From an uncultured archaeon (GTDB lineage Archaea > Iainarchaeota > Iainarchaeia > Iainarchaeales > DTGL01): a stretch of DNA of 64,000 nucleotides. This document shows, in pieces, positions 56,601 to 64,000 of this stretch. Position 1 is the stretch's first letter, and the number at the start of each line of letters is the position of its first letter. Location: assembly GCA_964551725.1 (NCBI GenBank), contig CAZKED010000001.1, forward strand, positions 42,119 to 106,118, written 5' to 3'. The notes below the pieces were generated by a model that was not told the origin of the DNA, searched no databases, and worked only from the letters and a program-made list of their open reading frames with translations. The translations under genes and the position numbers were made by a program.

Positions 56601-57831
56601 GACAAGGGAGTATGTGAGAGGGAACGCTGCCGAAATTTCCGGGCTGGAAGGAGGCAATTACGTGGACGGAAAAACCACTGCGGTAAACGAGGCATTCCTT
56701 ATAGGGGACAATTATTCCCGTGAATTCCTCGGGGATTTCTTCGAGCACGGCGGATACACTTTTTCGGGAATTGACCAGGGCAAGGTTTCTTTCATGGAAT
56801 ATTCATCGCTCGCGGATTCGCGCTTTGAGGGAGAGGAAAGCATGCCGATTGAATCCGGCAAATACTATTACAAGTTAACGCCGACCGTTGACATTGCCGG
56901 CGGCGGGGTTGAAGTTGTTGACTACGAGGTCAGCCTCGCGTTGAAGAAAAGCCTGCTGGAGCTGGACCAGGATTCGGGCAAGAATTACGCAATGAATCCC
57001 TTCCTCAGACTGCCGTTTGATGCTGGCGGGGAAATACTGGAGAACGCTTCCCTGGAAGGGGGCTATGGTGTTGCGTTCACCGAAAAGCCGGAAGTGGACG
57101 TTTATTATTTCTTCGATTCAGCCGAAGAAACAGGGCATAAAGCGCTGGCTGGGAACAGCGCGGGAGTGAGAACTCTGGAGATTGATTTTTCCAACAAATT
57201 CGGGGAACTGCAGGGTTCGGAGGAAGTGCCGGGGAAAATAATGGAACTGGACCTTTCCCAGGGAATGCTTGAATACGCTCCTTCATGGCCTGTTGCACTG
57301 GAACTTGAATGGGGCGAGGGAATGCAGAACACAGTGTTCTACCGCTTTGAACGCGAGTACGACGAATATTACGGGAACGCGCGCCGGTTGTTCACTTGGT
57401 GGATTGGCGAGGACAGGAAAGCCGGGGACTCGCTGCAGAACTATGACGGCGGAGACTATGATTTCTGCACTGAATGGGCAGGCACAAGGAAGCTTGCCAG
57501 AGTGGAGATGGAAGAGCCAGGTACATGGACGGCGTTTGCATTCGTGCCGGCAGAGCAGGGCGCCGAGGAAATGTCCCTTGAACTGCTGTGCGCTGAGGAA
57601 ATCACCCAGATTAGCGCGAGAACCTACGATATGAGAGTGGGCAGCACTGACAGCGTTAAGGGGATTTCAGGAGGCGCGGTGCACATCAATGTAGAGCGCA
57701 GCGAGAAGCCGCCGTCTTTCAAGCGCTATATTGAGGCAATCGAGCGCGGAGAGGTATGCGTGAGAAATGCGGGCGAGGAAAAAATGGTTCTTTCGTGGAA
57801 TCCGCAAATACTGGAGGATTTGAGGCCTTAA
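50629..57831 (+). CDS. Giant surface protein paralogue 2 (about 2400 aa)
   Basis: The N-terminus MGVVDSIKDFYFRLEEKYYKFVDWLDTKHFPYYKFVDFVESRGIPSFPLSIAGIAVIALLLFFFA is homologous to paralogues 1 and 3. CarboxypepD_reg-like repeats recur (VEVMDGKGNGIYNALVEIKG...). It carries the SGYFCDAVQFMLSLREKF domain and has no C-terminal TM. The ATG at 50629 is chosen by alignment with paralogue 3; the track GTG is at 50620. Confidence 0.8.
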   Translation: MGVVDSIKDFYFRLEEKYYKFVDWLDTKHFPYYKFVDFVESRGIPSFPLSIAGIAVIALLLFFFAVPLLGIEFPIARVPLSVEVMDGKGNGIYNALVEIKGADFSEQGRTDGAGIAEFNVPMETQLTVSVEKSGFEKYADSFSVSREETKTIELSAEEISREILFKKKGTEELVEETINVSFECSNIEADFEEQRTVQNGRVELDGIPANCGLLEVKVEGFAVDKDIDLDETLPEVFLAGEEAGKGRVYVLVKEEETKKPLEGMRVVLVGAVERSDLSDESGSVVFEGVPAGDYYVKVMDALEYEDHVSDTKTLQEEDSVTFSIELGKAARAQINLKVVDATGEPVEKAALKLYRQGGTSVEYSGETDPIGQYTFNVPTETKYTLVVDKAGYFKAQLSVEAQEEFFEVTLKEQTSENGGSIAVSAKDQKGNAVENVKVELKLADGEFTGYSAFTGADGRAEFTAIEPGNYYVYGSKQGFEGYASNEFQVREREITSVQLVFVIGEGEFLVKVLDDAGNALAGASVEAIDVFTDRMMSQKTTDLEGIAHFRERVDRKVFFVTEADGFLPFVSLPFVPVQDSQREVEIRMIKGTGKIKTSMTLLLNDMEVREFVSAGESYKALVQLVLPSEYNKAGIHLRAGEDTEGKVNSAEEDIIFIREIEAANANIRTGSTYTPPFGSGQDYASNGSTKWANIEFEPGKKGLPSRGVFNAIAEVQVRDEAAMGEDTKISYRGYGVSATYSRDPIDAALGSAESSARKHGLYAQAYDRHFSVGQSNVCSGGYCRIIFIEDVESGMKSAVIDSFPANISSMYELNVKLNKAGAGSVRNAFLEVRNPEQGLEFGEYSISDAAGRKFEGNANGSELSKAVGDLAQDLSVSASIEFQTLKEGTNQIEISLASESGKVFGQTIKVNVRAGEELQLEIVPKDIVPFIDNQLLFRVSTLEDAPVPNAFIELSLDGYDLASGETDSAGIFAFELEAPSAGSELLARVKKNGYASLEKTMKIDESIIEIRPGEVRFDLEPKLKEFENIDLELINSTAVELEVAGVTVSDSLSGLVSVKGAEKLVGLELPLDGTVPVALTAVLTEQGKRAKETQVLEGSIGLLLKSGEFPSTWFSKVPVRARILLGGELDSSDCLVIEPNGWEIVSGGEQEKLSARVRNACTVDGKKVSLEEFSARVNWGSDGAIGTFYVSSGDLGDTEIALNPEFTLFAPELEKNFDGTLLVSFSPNAGVKSADAMPAIVFRGRHTSFNGEESVEERISVDISLSNLSKCVVVEADEPLKIKTAPSNLGWGLGQSYFYSSQSYQPYGFYPTGTGDYSMYGSAPQNFYGSYGWSSEESGAESSWGSEYATFRIKNECKDSVEVNMEASEGISLDKENIELAPRKSSSVKVESGAKSGTYSVDVEARLISSDDDYELAEVIDVEVLNMDELMQQCMPSIEPSVFKPNWFGIFRTRGRIYNRCYDYGFRLEMLMPQHFMCYTPKSSGEQLSAESCPLMSNFYSMPPRTIDAGENQTIEVVEFSFNLNESVKEEFDDFDSIESIGRLGNIVINNFSVTSPGIAAIPFRLPDSSVQQFSQRQVFFQVPYDLSAWLGWLSGRRPEDNVPPSAPDITITPKKPLTEDDILCTVQSSDADGDEIDYNINWLQGDRVLAHQKGSSNSLTLRSDLTRTGQEYTCEATACDKWACSEKNYSSVKVLRAEGPGTFAGFSACSSEETGEDAYRDYGFNRLAFSWKESDFGESSCSGSSGYFCDAVQFMLSLREKFRKVERTAEKLGNSPYNENALNLAAQSGADSFVPEAGNLYRFSKMQTVIPEKTGNREILFFLENSRTFLSPEKKDCAPDIVSTVRNNLSEIIAGSGGSNLDTLLSNMESEVTDCYGLDFRGENIVGVVNDRTISSDTIWKDLKEKGIVNATVNARYAIAFNDFKKLHSVLLENAGRDPEYEFSISFGGTETDDHNVQDWTTFIQKFYEALDSREPFKLGVVNRNGLSEETREYVRGNAAEISGLEGGNYVDGKTTAVNEAFLIGDNYSREFLGDFFEHGGYTFSGIDQGKVSFMEYSSLADSRFEGEESMPIESGKYYYKLTPTVDIAGGGVEVVDYEVSLALKKSLLELDQDSGKNYAMNPFLRLPFDAGGEILENASLEGGYGVAFTEKPEVDVYYFFDSAEETGHKALAGNSAGVRTLEIDFSNKFGELQGSEEVPGKIMELDLSQGMLEYAPSWPVALELEWGEGMQNTVFYRFEREYDEYYGNARRLFTWWIGEDRKAGDSLQNYDGGDYDFCTEWAGTRKLARVEMEEPGTWTAFAFVPAEQGAEEMSLELLCAEEITQISARTYDMRVGSTDSVKGISGGAVHINVERSEKPPSFKRYIEAIERGEVCVRNAGEEKMVLSWNPQILEDLRP

Positions 57832-57923
57832 GGGCAAAACAGCGATTGAAAACGTTTAATAATGTAAGGAGACATTAAAATAAATTGGAGGAATAACCAG
57901 GAAAAGGATTTGGGGTAATTTGT

Positions 57924-60900
57924 ATGGGTGTTGTTGATTCTGCTAAGGATTTGTACTTCCATCTGGAGGACCGCTATTATAGGCTGATTGACAGGATTAA
58001 TTCCCGCGTGCTGTACAAAATAGTCGACAAAGTAGACAGCGTTGTGCCGTCGTTTGCCCTGGTTTTGCTCGTGATTTTTGTTTTAATCGCGCTGGGGATA
58101 ATGTTCGTGCTCACGCAGGGCATTTCCCTGCCTGTTGCAACCTCTGAGCTTGTCGTGAAAGTACAGGACGAAAAAGGCAATCCGTTGAAAGGCGTGGGAG
58201 TGGAATTCACTGCGGCTGATGGAACGGAGCACTACAAGACCACTGATGCAGAGGGAAAAACCCCTGCATTGGGGTTTGCGACGGGAAGCGAGGTGGAAAT
58301 AACGCTGAGCAAGGACGGCTATGCCCCAAAACCGTATTCCGCGAAATTCAAAGTGAGCGAGCCTTTTGTGGAAAAACTCGTTGAACTCGAGGAAGAAAAG
58401 GCATTCGATTACATTAAGTTCAAAATAATGGATGAATTGTTCCAGCCCGTGGACAAGGTATGGGTTGAATTCGACTGCTCGGAAAGCAGTGCCGAGGATC
58501 CGGCGGGAATGTTTTCAAGCCAGGGAATCGTCGAAGTGGCTGTTCCCAAAAACTGCGGGGAACTGAGGGTGGATGCTTCCGCTCCTGGCTATGAGGAGCT
58601 GACAGCCGAGGAAGTGGTTGACAACGCCACCATATTCCTGCAGGAAAAGGAGGATGAAAGAGGCACTATTGTTGTCTCGCTTACATCGCACGGAGAGCTT
58701 GCCGCGGACGAGCAGATAACCGTCAGCCTTTACAAGGACACCGGGGCAGCGGACGGAATAAATGTTGAATCAAAGGAAACAACCACAGGACAGGCAGAGT
58801 TTTCCGCTGCACCAGGAACCTATTACGTGAAAAGCCTTTCAACAGCAAAGTACACCGTGAAAGAATCCCTGCCCTTCGAACTCGAAGCGCGGGCAAGGAA
58901 GGATGTTACGCTTGAACTCGAGGAAAGGGTTATAGGAAAAATAAAGGTCAAAGTGCTTGACGAGAAAACAGGAAAAGCGGTGGAAAACGCCGGCGTTACA
59001 TTCAAGAAAGGAACACAGCAAGTATTCTACCAGGAAACAAACGAGCAGGGGATAGTGGAATTCAACCTGCACGAGGACATCGGCTATACGCTTATAGTCA
59101 ACCACGAGGATTACTGCATTGTGCGCAGGGAAAACGTGAGGAAAAGCAACGATACGCTGGAAATAGAAATAGAGAAGTACACGGGACAGTGCGGCGGCGT
59201 ACTCCTTGCAAGGGTGCTCGACGACGAAACCGGCAAGGGAATGGAGCACGCTACAGTAGGACTTTACGATGAGCAGGGCTACTCTGCGGGATTCAAGCCG
59301 CTTTTGACGGACATCAACGGGGAAGCGGAATTCGCTGGGGTTGAAACCGGAGACTACCAGGTGTTCGCGTACAAGGGAAGCGCGAGCGGCTGGAGCGATA
59401 TAAAGAAATTCGTGAGGAGGGAGGCACAAAAGACCGTTTACACTGTGAGCCTTACCATTCCTCTCGGGGCAATAAGGGTGAGGGTGCTCGACGACGAACT
59501 TGAACCGCTGCCCTTTGCGGACGTTGCACTGAAGAGAGCATTCGACAACAAATTACTGCAGGGACCAATGCCGGTGGAGGACGCGAACGGCTGGATTGAA
59601 TTCTTGGAGAAATCAGGCGAGGACGTGTTTGCCGTTGTTTCAATGGAAGGATACACCGATTTTACTTCAAGTTCGGTCAGGGTGCTGCCCAATTCAACGC
59701 GGGAAATTGTCGCAGAACTCGAACCCGAAATAATTTCCGGGGAAATCGAGGCGGAATTCCTGGGATTGTACAAGAACGGGAGGAAGGCAACAATTCTGGG
59801 CGCGGGACAGGAGTACGATGCGAGATTCCAGCTGAGGATTCCCAAAAACCAGGACTACGAATTCATAGGAATGCATATCAGGACTGGCAAGGAAAACACA
59901 ATGGAAAAGGACATGGTGTTCATTAAGGAGCACAGCGCTCCGGCAGCGCCCATAATCTCAAAGGGCACTTCCTTCAATCCGGAGGAGGGCTTCGATTACG
60001 ATTCACAGTTCAAGACCGCTGACGGGGCAAAATGGATGAATTTCAAGTGGGGCAAGTTTTCATCGGGAAAATTCAACGTTGAAGTTACAGTAAAAGTAAA
60101 GGACTTGGCAAAACAGGGCGAGCAGGTGCCCGTTTACTGGCGCGCGTGGGCGAAAAAGGAAGACGACGGCGTGGTAAGGGACCCTGAAGACCAAACGCTG
60201 GGCTCAACAATGTCGCAGAACGAGCTGTACGCCAACACCGACAGCAAATTATTCCAGGTCGGAATTGAAACGCTGTGCGCAGACAAGTGGTGCTTTGCCG
60301 GCAGCATTCTTGACGTCGAGGACGAAATAATCCAGTCCGTTTCCGACTCCTACGGCGCAATAGTGGGAAAACAGTACAGGCTCTCGTTCAAAATATTGAA
60401 CGACAGTCCTTTTGAAACGGACATTTTCGACAACGCAAAAATGCGCGTTGTGACAAGGAATTCCGCAATTCTGCTCCAAGACTACCAAATAATAGGCCCG
60501 CAGGGGAGCAAAACAGAGGGAAGCGCTAATGCTTCCTCCCTAGACTGGATTGAAATCGGCGACCTCACGCCAAGCAAGGACGTTTCCGGCACGATTTATT
60601 TCACTCCCAAGTCCGCGGTGAGTTCATCGCTATTGCTGCAGGTGCACTCGCGTTACAGGATTGTTTTCGAGAAGGAAATAACAGTCGACAGCGCTGCAGC
60701 GAACGAAATGGACGTGAAGTTCAAGAAAGAGGGCGAATACGTTTCGGACTACGGCTTGCTCCCGAGCGGAGTGGAGCAGACGCTGACGGTGAAGGTGTTC
60801 GACAAAGCAAGCGAACTGGAACTGGAGGGTGCGACGGTAAAAATAATTGACCGCTTCGGGTCAGTGCTCGGGGAGGAAAAGACCACGTTCTTCGGAATCG

Positions 60901-63900
60901 CGGACGTCGTAATGCCGGTGCTCAAGCCAGGGGAAAAGCTCACAATGAGCGTGCAGAAAGCTAATTACATGCCGCTGGAGAAGGCGCTTTCCGTTGACGA
61001 CAGAGTGCTTGAAGTCGAGCCCGCTGCGTTAAACGTTACGCTTAACGCGCAGACCGCGCCGGAAAAAAGCATTAACGTAACGCTCAAAAACAAGACAAGC
61101 CTGGAGCTTGAAATCGAATGGCTCGAGGTCACCGGCGACTTCCAGGACCTGGTGGACAAGGAAAAAACAGGGCAGTGGCTTTACTCGCAGTATTCAGGGG
61201 AAAAAATATCGGGAAAGGAATCAAGGAACATAGTGCTCAAAATGTTTTTGACCGACCTGGGGAAATCCGTAAAGGAAACCAGGACACTGAAGGGAAAGTT
61301 CAATGCAAGGGTATTCTCCTCGGGGCAGACATGGGAGGTTTCAAAGGACCTCACAGTAGTAATAGGACTCGGGGGGGAAGTGGATGATACAGCGTGCTTT
61401 TCACTCAGCACGCATTCATGGAAAGCCGCAACTGAAATTTCCCCCAGAAACAAGGACGTAATGATAGTGAACAACTGCTCGGTGGACGGAAAGCCGGTTG
61501 AACTCCAAAACCTTAGCGCGAAAATAGTGTGGGAAAGCAATCACTTGGGCGAATTCAAATTCGGAATTGACGGAGAAAACAGCATTGAAATCAGACCCGG
61601 GTTTTTCAAAATATTCAGGAAGAGCATGGGAAAAGAGGAAACCCTGCCGGGCATTCTTTCGTTCATTCCCGACGGCGGAAACCTCGGAACGGCAAAGGCG
61701 ACAGTGATAGTGCAGGCAAAGAATCCCACGCAGTCAGGCGAACAACTGCTGGAGGACTCAATTGAAGTGGAAATAACCGTTGTTTCTCTGGATTCCTGCC
61801 TGAGGGTGAGCAGGGATTTGCTTAAACTGGCACCCAACGACGAGGGAACATTTGAAATAAGCACGGGAGACTGCGGTGGAAATGTGGACATAAGGCTTAT
61901 TTCCGAGCTCACCGTGGGCAACAAGGAGATAACAATGGGAAGCAACGACTCGCATACAGTCACAGTGCTTTCAGAGGAAAGGATTCCGGGACAGTATCCG
62001 ATCTACATTAAATTCAGGGCCGCCGGCAAAAACGAGTACGAAGTAGGAAAACTCGTAAGAGTGCTCATCGAGCCGACGGAGGGATGCATCAGATTGAACC
62101 GCTATGAGTACGATATTTACGATAGCCCGGACAACCCCTACGACGGGTTTGACGTGGGAAAAATAATCAATTCCTGCCCGAGCCAGAGGGTTGCGGGCGT
62201 GGTGAGATTCAACGAAAAGAATTTGTGCAAGGCGGTAAGGAACGGCTTTGTAGGCGGACTGATTGGAATGATTTACGGTGGACTGCAAGCCAGCAACATG
62301 GGCAGGGGCTTTTTCGGAATCGGACCGACATGCAGCGAACAGGGCGGCGTAATATGCGGCACCGGAACAAAATGCTCCGTGGGAACAAAAATTGTTTACG
62401 GAAAGGAATGCTGCATTGACGGCGAATGCGTGAAAGTTGAAACCGCCGCAACGCAGCCCGCGGAAGAACCTGAAGCAGAACCAGAGGAACCAGCGGAAGA
62501 AGCGGAAGAACCCGGAGAAGCGCCCGCCGGAGAGCCGGCGGAAGGGCCTGCTTTCGGCACATGCGCTGAAATGGGCGGCGAAGAATGCGAACCTAACCAG
62601 GACTGCATGGACGGCGAAACCAAGCTTCCGTTTACCGTTGCGTCTGACATAATAAACTGTTGCATTGGAGGCACTTGCACTGACAGGGAAGAGGAACAGG
62701 GAGAAGAGCCAACACTCCAGTCATGCGCTGAATTGGGCGGAGAGCCCTGCAACGGCGGAACATGCGCTCCGCCTTTGACCGGGATAACTGACGCTTCATA
62801 CCCCCAGATGGTTGATTCACTGGACGGCGAATGCTGTGTCGGGGGCAGGTGCATTACTGCAGGGGAAGAATTAACCTGTGAGGAGCAGGGCGGAAGCCTT
62901 TGCCCCGGCGGAATATGCCAGGTTTATCAGTGCGACGGGGAGGGCTGCAATCCGGTAAACGTTGAGCCAACAATTGTAGCAGGAGAAGAATGCTGCCTTG
63001 AGGGAGCATGCGTGTATGAGGCGCAGGGAAAAGAGGAATCCGGCTCCGCGGCAGGAATGGTTGCTCTCGGGGCAATCGATGTAAGCTCGGTGCTGGGACC
63101 GCTGGCTGAAGGATTAGGCGGGCTTCTGGACATTGACAACTTTTTGGAAGGATTGTTCGTCGGATGGGTAGCGAACTCGGCGTACAATTACCTCATGGTG
63201 CAGCAGGAAGGCAAGGTCGCATTCGACGTTGTCGCGGACGACCTCGCAATCACTGCGCTGCGCGTGCTCTATCCGAGCGGGCGCGAGGACAACGACGCGC
63301 CAGGAATTAGTGCAGAGCTGGGCGCGGAGAAAACCGAAAGGTCAACGGAACTCGAACTCGGGAGAAGGGAAACAGAAATAATATTCGAAAATTCCGATGG
63401 AATAACTCAGGAAAATCCCGTAAGCCCGATTTACAGGATTTTGAAAGTGGAGGGAGAGAAAAGGGAGTACGAAACGGATTACGGGGGAGATGCAGGAGAA
63501 GAGGGATTTTTCACCTCGCTCTGGAACGCTATAAGGTTTTGGACGGAATGTCCGGAAACGGAATTCAGCGAGGAGGACGCAGAACAATTCATAGTGGACG
63601 GCGGCGACCTCGAGGTAAAGGAATCCGAGGAATACTTCCAGAAATTCCACTTACAGTTCAATTCATACGAGCCCGAAGAGCCTACTCCGACACCTGTTCC
63701 CGGGGAAAGCTGCAAGATAGGAACGAGGGTCGGAAAAACCGGCGAGGAAGCAATGCCCAGCATTCTGCTCAAGTGGAACTGGAGCGACATACAGGAGAAT
63801 ACCTGCGACGAAGGCGGCGGGGAAACTTACTGTGATGCAACGCAGTTCAGCATTGAATTGCTGAAAAGGATTCACGGGATTGAGGAACTGCTGGCAGGGC

Positions 63901-64000
63901 AGACTTTCACCTGCCCTTCCGAGAGCGGGGTGCTTGAGGACGTGTCACAGGCATTGAGCGAGAGCGAGGAGGACGTTGCAATCACGCGAGTGAAAGTGGA
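57924..64000 (+). CDS. Giant surface protein paralogue 3, 3'-truncated by the window end (more than 2025 aa). It is absent from the ORF track because no stop codon falls in the window.
   Basis: The frame stays open from the ATG at 57924 to nt 64000; I checked this by hand translation at several points. The N-terminus is MGVVDSAKDLYFHLEDRYYRLIDRINSRVLYKIVDKVDSVVPSFALVLLVIFVLIALG. It has CarboxypepD_reg-like repeats (RVLDDETGKGMEHATVGLYDEQG...), four six-Cys modules, and GETYCDATQFSIELL near 63820. Only short antisense ORFs are listed here. Confidence 0.75.
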   Translation, partial: MGVVDSAKDLYFHLEDRYYRLIDRINSRVLYKIVDKVDSVVPSFALVLLVIFVLIALGIMFVLTQGISLPVATSELVVKVQDEKGNPLKGVGVEFTAADGTEHYKTTDAEGKTPALGFATGSEVEITLSKDGYAPKPYSAKFKVSEPFVEKLVELEEEKAFDYIKFKIMDELFQPVDKVWVEFDCSESSAEDPAGMFSSQGIVEVAVPKNCGELRVDASAPGYEELTAEEVVDNATIFLQEKEDERGTIVVSLTSHGELAADEQITVSLYKDTGAADGINVESKETTTGQAEFSAAPGTYYVKSLSTAKYTVKESLPFELEARARKDVTLELEERVIGKIKVKVLDEKTGKAVENAGVTFKKGTQQVFYQETNEQGIVEFNLHEDIGYTLIVNHEDYCIVRRENVRKSNDTLEIEIEKYTGQCGGVLLARVLDDETGKGMEHATVGLYDEQGYSAGFKPLLTDINGEAEFAGVETGDYQVFAYKGSASGWSDIKKFVRREAQKTVYTVSLTIPLGAIRVRVLDDELEPLPFADVALKRAFDNKLLQGPMPVEDANGWIEFLEKSGEDVFAVVSMEGYTDFTSSSVRVLPNSTREIVAELEPEIISGEIEAEFLGLYKNGRKATILGAGQEYDARFQLRIPKNQDYEFIGMHIRTGKENTMEKDMVFIKEHSAPAAPIISKGTSFNPEEGFDYDSQFKTADGAKWMNFKWGKFSSGKFNVEVTVKVKDLAKQGEQVPVYWRAWAKKEDDGVVRDPEDQTLGSTMSQNELYANTDSKLFQVGIETLCADKWCFAGSILDVEDEIIQSVSDSYGAIVGKQYRLSFKILNDSPFETDIFDNAKMRVVTRNSAILLQDYQIIGPQGSKTEGSANASSLDWIEIGDLTPSKDVSGTIYFTPKSAVSSSLLLQVHSRYRIVFEKEITVDSAAANEMDVKFKKEGEYVSDYGLLPSGVEQTLTVKVFDKASELELEGATVKIIDRFGSVLGEEKTTFFGIADVVMPVLKPGEKLTMSVQKANYMPLEKALSVDDRVLEVEPAALNVTLNAQTAPEKSINVTLKNKTSLELEIEWLEVTGDFQDLVDKEKTGQWLYSQYSGEKISGKESRNIVLKMFLTDLGKSVKETRTLKGKFNARVFSSGQTWEVSKDLTVVIGLGGEVDDTACFSLSTHSWKAATEISPRNKDVMIVNNCSVDGKPVELQNLSAKIVWESNHLGEFKFGIDGENSIEIRPGFFKIFRKSMGKEETLPGILSFIPDGGNLGTAKATVIVQAKNPTQSGEQLLEDSIEVEITVVSLDSCLRVSRDLLKLAPNDEGTFEISTGDCGGNVDIRLISELTVGNKEITMGSNDSHTVTVLSEERIPGQYPIYIKFRAAGKNEYEVGKLVRVLIEPTEGCIRLNRYEYDIYDSPDNPYDGFDVGKIINSCPSQRVAGVVRFNEKNLCKAVRNGFVGGLIGMIYGGLQASNMGRGFFGIGPTCSEQGGVICGTGTKCSVGTKIVYGKECCIDGECVKVETAATQPAEEPEAEPEEPAEEAEEPGEAPAGEPAEGPAFGTCAEMGGEECEPNQDCMDGETKLPFTVASDIINCCIGGTCTDREEEQGEEPTLQSCAELGGEPCNGGTCAPPLTGITDASYPQMVDSLDGECCVGGRCITAGEELTCEEQGGSLCPGGICQVYQCDGEGCNPVNVEPTIVAGEECCLEGACVYEAQGKEESGSAAGMVALGAIDVSSVLGPLAEGLGGLLDIDNFLEGLFVGWVANSAYNYLMVQQEGKVAFDVVADDLAITALRVLYPSGREDNDAPGISAELGAEKTERSTELELGRRETEIIFENSDGITQENPVSPIYRILKVEGEKREYETDYGGDAGEEGFFTSLWNAIRFWTECPETEFSEEDAEQFIVDGGDLEVKESEEYFQKFHLQFNSYEPEEPTPTPVPGESCKIGTRVGKTGEEAMPSILLKWNWSDIQENTCDEGGGETYCDATQFSIELLKRIHGIEELLAGQTFTCPSESGVLEDVSQALSESEEDVAITRVKV
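62331..63010 (+). repeat. Four tandem six-cysteine modules, C[SAE]E.GG..C..G.C...(8-20)...ECC..G.C, separated by acidic Pro/Glu linkers
   Basis: Read directly by translation: CSEQGGVICGTGTKCSVGTKIVYGKECCIDGECV; CAEMGGEECEPNQDCMDGE...NCCIGGTCT; CAELGGEPCNGGTCAPP...DGECCVGGRCI; CEEQGGSLCPGGICQVYQCDGEGCNP...GEECCLEGACV. Confidence 0.6.

Overview
This window reads as a contig from an uncultivated archaeon. The archaeal assignment rests on a split transketolase, an archaeal-type RibC riboflavin synthase, a CTP-type RibK, a PAC2-like protein, and [K/R]-G class-III (type IV pilin-like) signal peptides; purine-rich coding strands, TATA-like boxes and frequent GGAGG/GAGGTGA ribosome-binding sites are consistent with this. 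GC is moderate, around 50%, and I did not try to place the lineage further.

Two small housekeeping islands are present. One is tal, tktN, tktC and rpe at 2.4-5.6 kb. The other is ribK, ribC and ribH plus a PAC2-like gene at 20.7-22.9 kb.

Most of the remaining sequence is an accessory cell-surface region. Seven secreted or anchored ORFs account for more than 13,000 codons. On the + strand these are 3140 aa, 2776 aa, 2403 aa and a 3'-truncated ORF of more than 2025 aa. On the - strand there is one of 1505 aa. Two more + strand ORFs are 547 aa and a 5'-truncated 741 aa.

Two separate Tad/type IV pilus-like machineries sit among these genes:
- Module A (+ strand, 17.2-20.7 kb) has a FlaI/TadA-family ATPase fused to an N-terminal poly-ferredoxin-like 4Fe-4S domain, followed by two separate T2SS-F membrane proteins.
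- Module B (- strand, 30.0-39.5 kb) has a long FlaI/PilB-like ATPase, an 849-aa FlaJ/TadC-like platform protein, and seven tandem pilin-like genes. Most of these carry class-III signal peptides. Two are recent paralogues whose promoters and a 14-bp palindrome were duplicated with them.
- Module B faces a small polytopic protein with exosortase/archaeosortase-like features.

Downstream of that protein lie three tandem giant paralogues (40.3-64.0 kb). They share a conserved roughly 45-aa N-terminal leader ending in 'RGIPS' before a hydrophobic segment, which looks like a class-III signal with an unusually long leader. They also share CarboxypepD_reg-like repeats and a 'YCDAVQF' domain. Their C-termini diverge: one carries an approximately 730-aa extension with glycine-zipper-like hydrophobic segments.

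I found no rRNA, tRNA, CRISPR array or transposase. Every functional call rests on motifs I recognised by eye; no homology search was possible.
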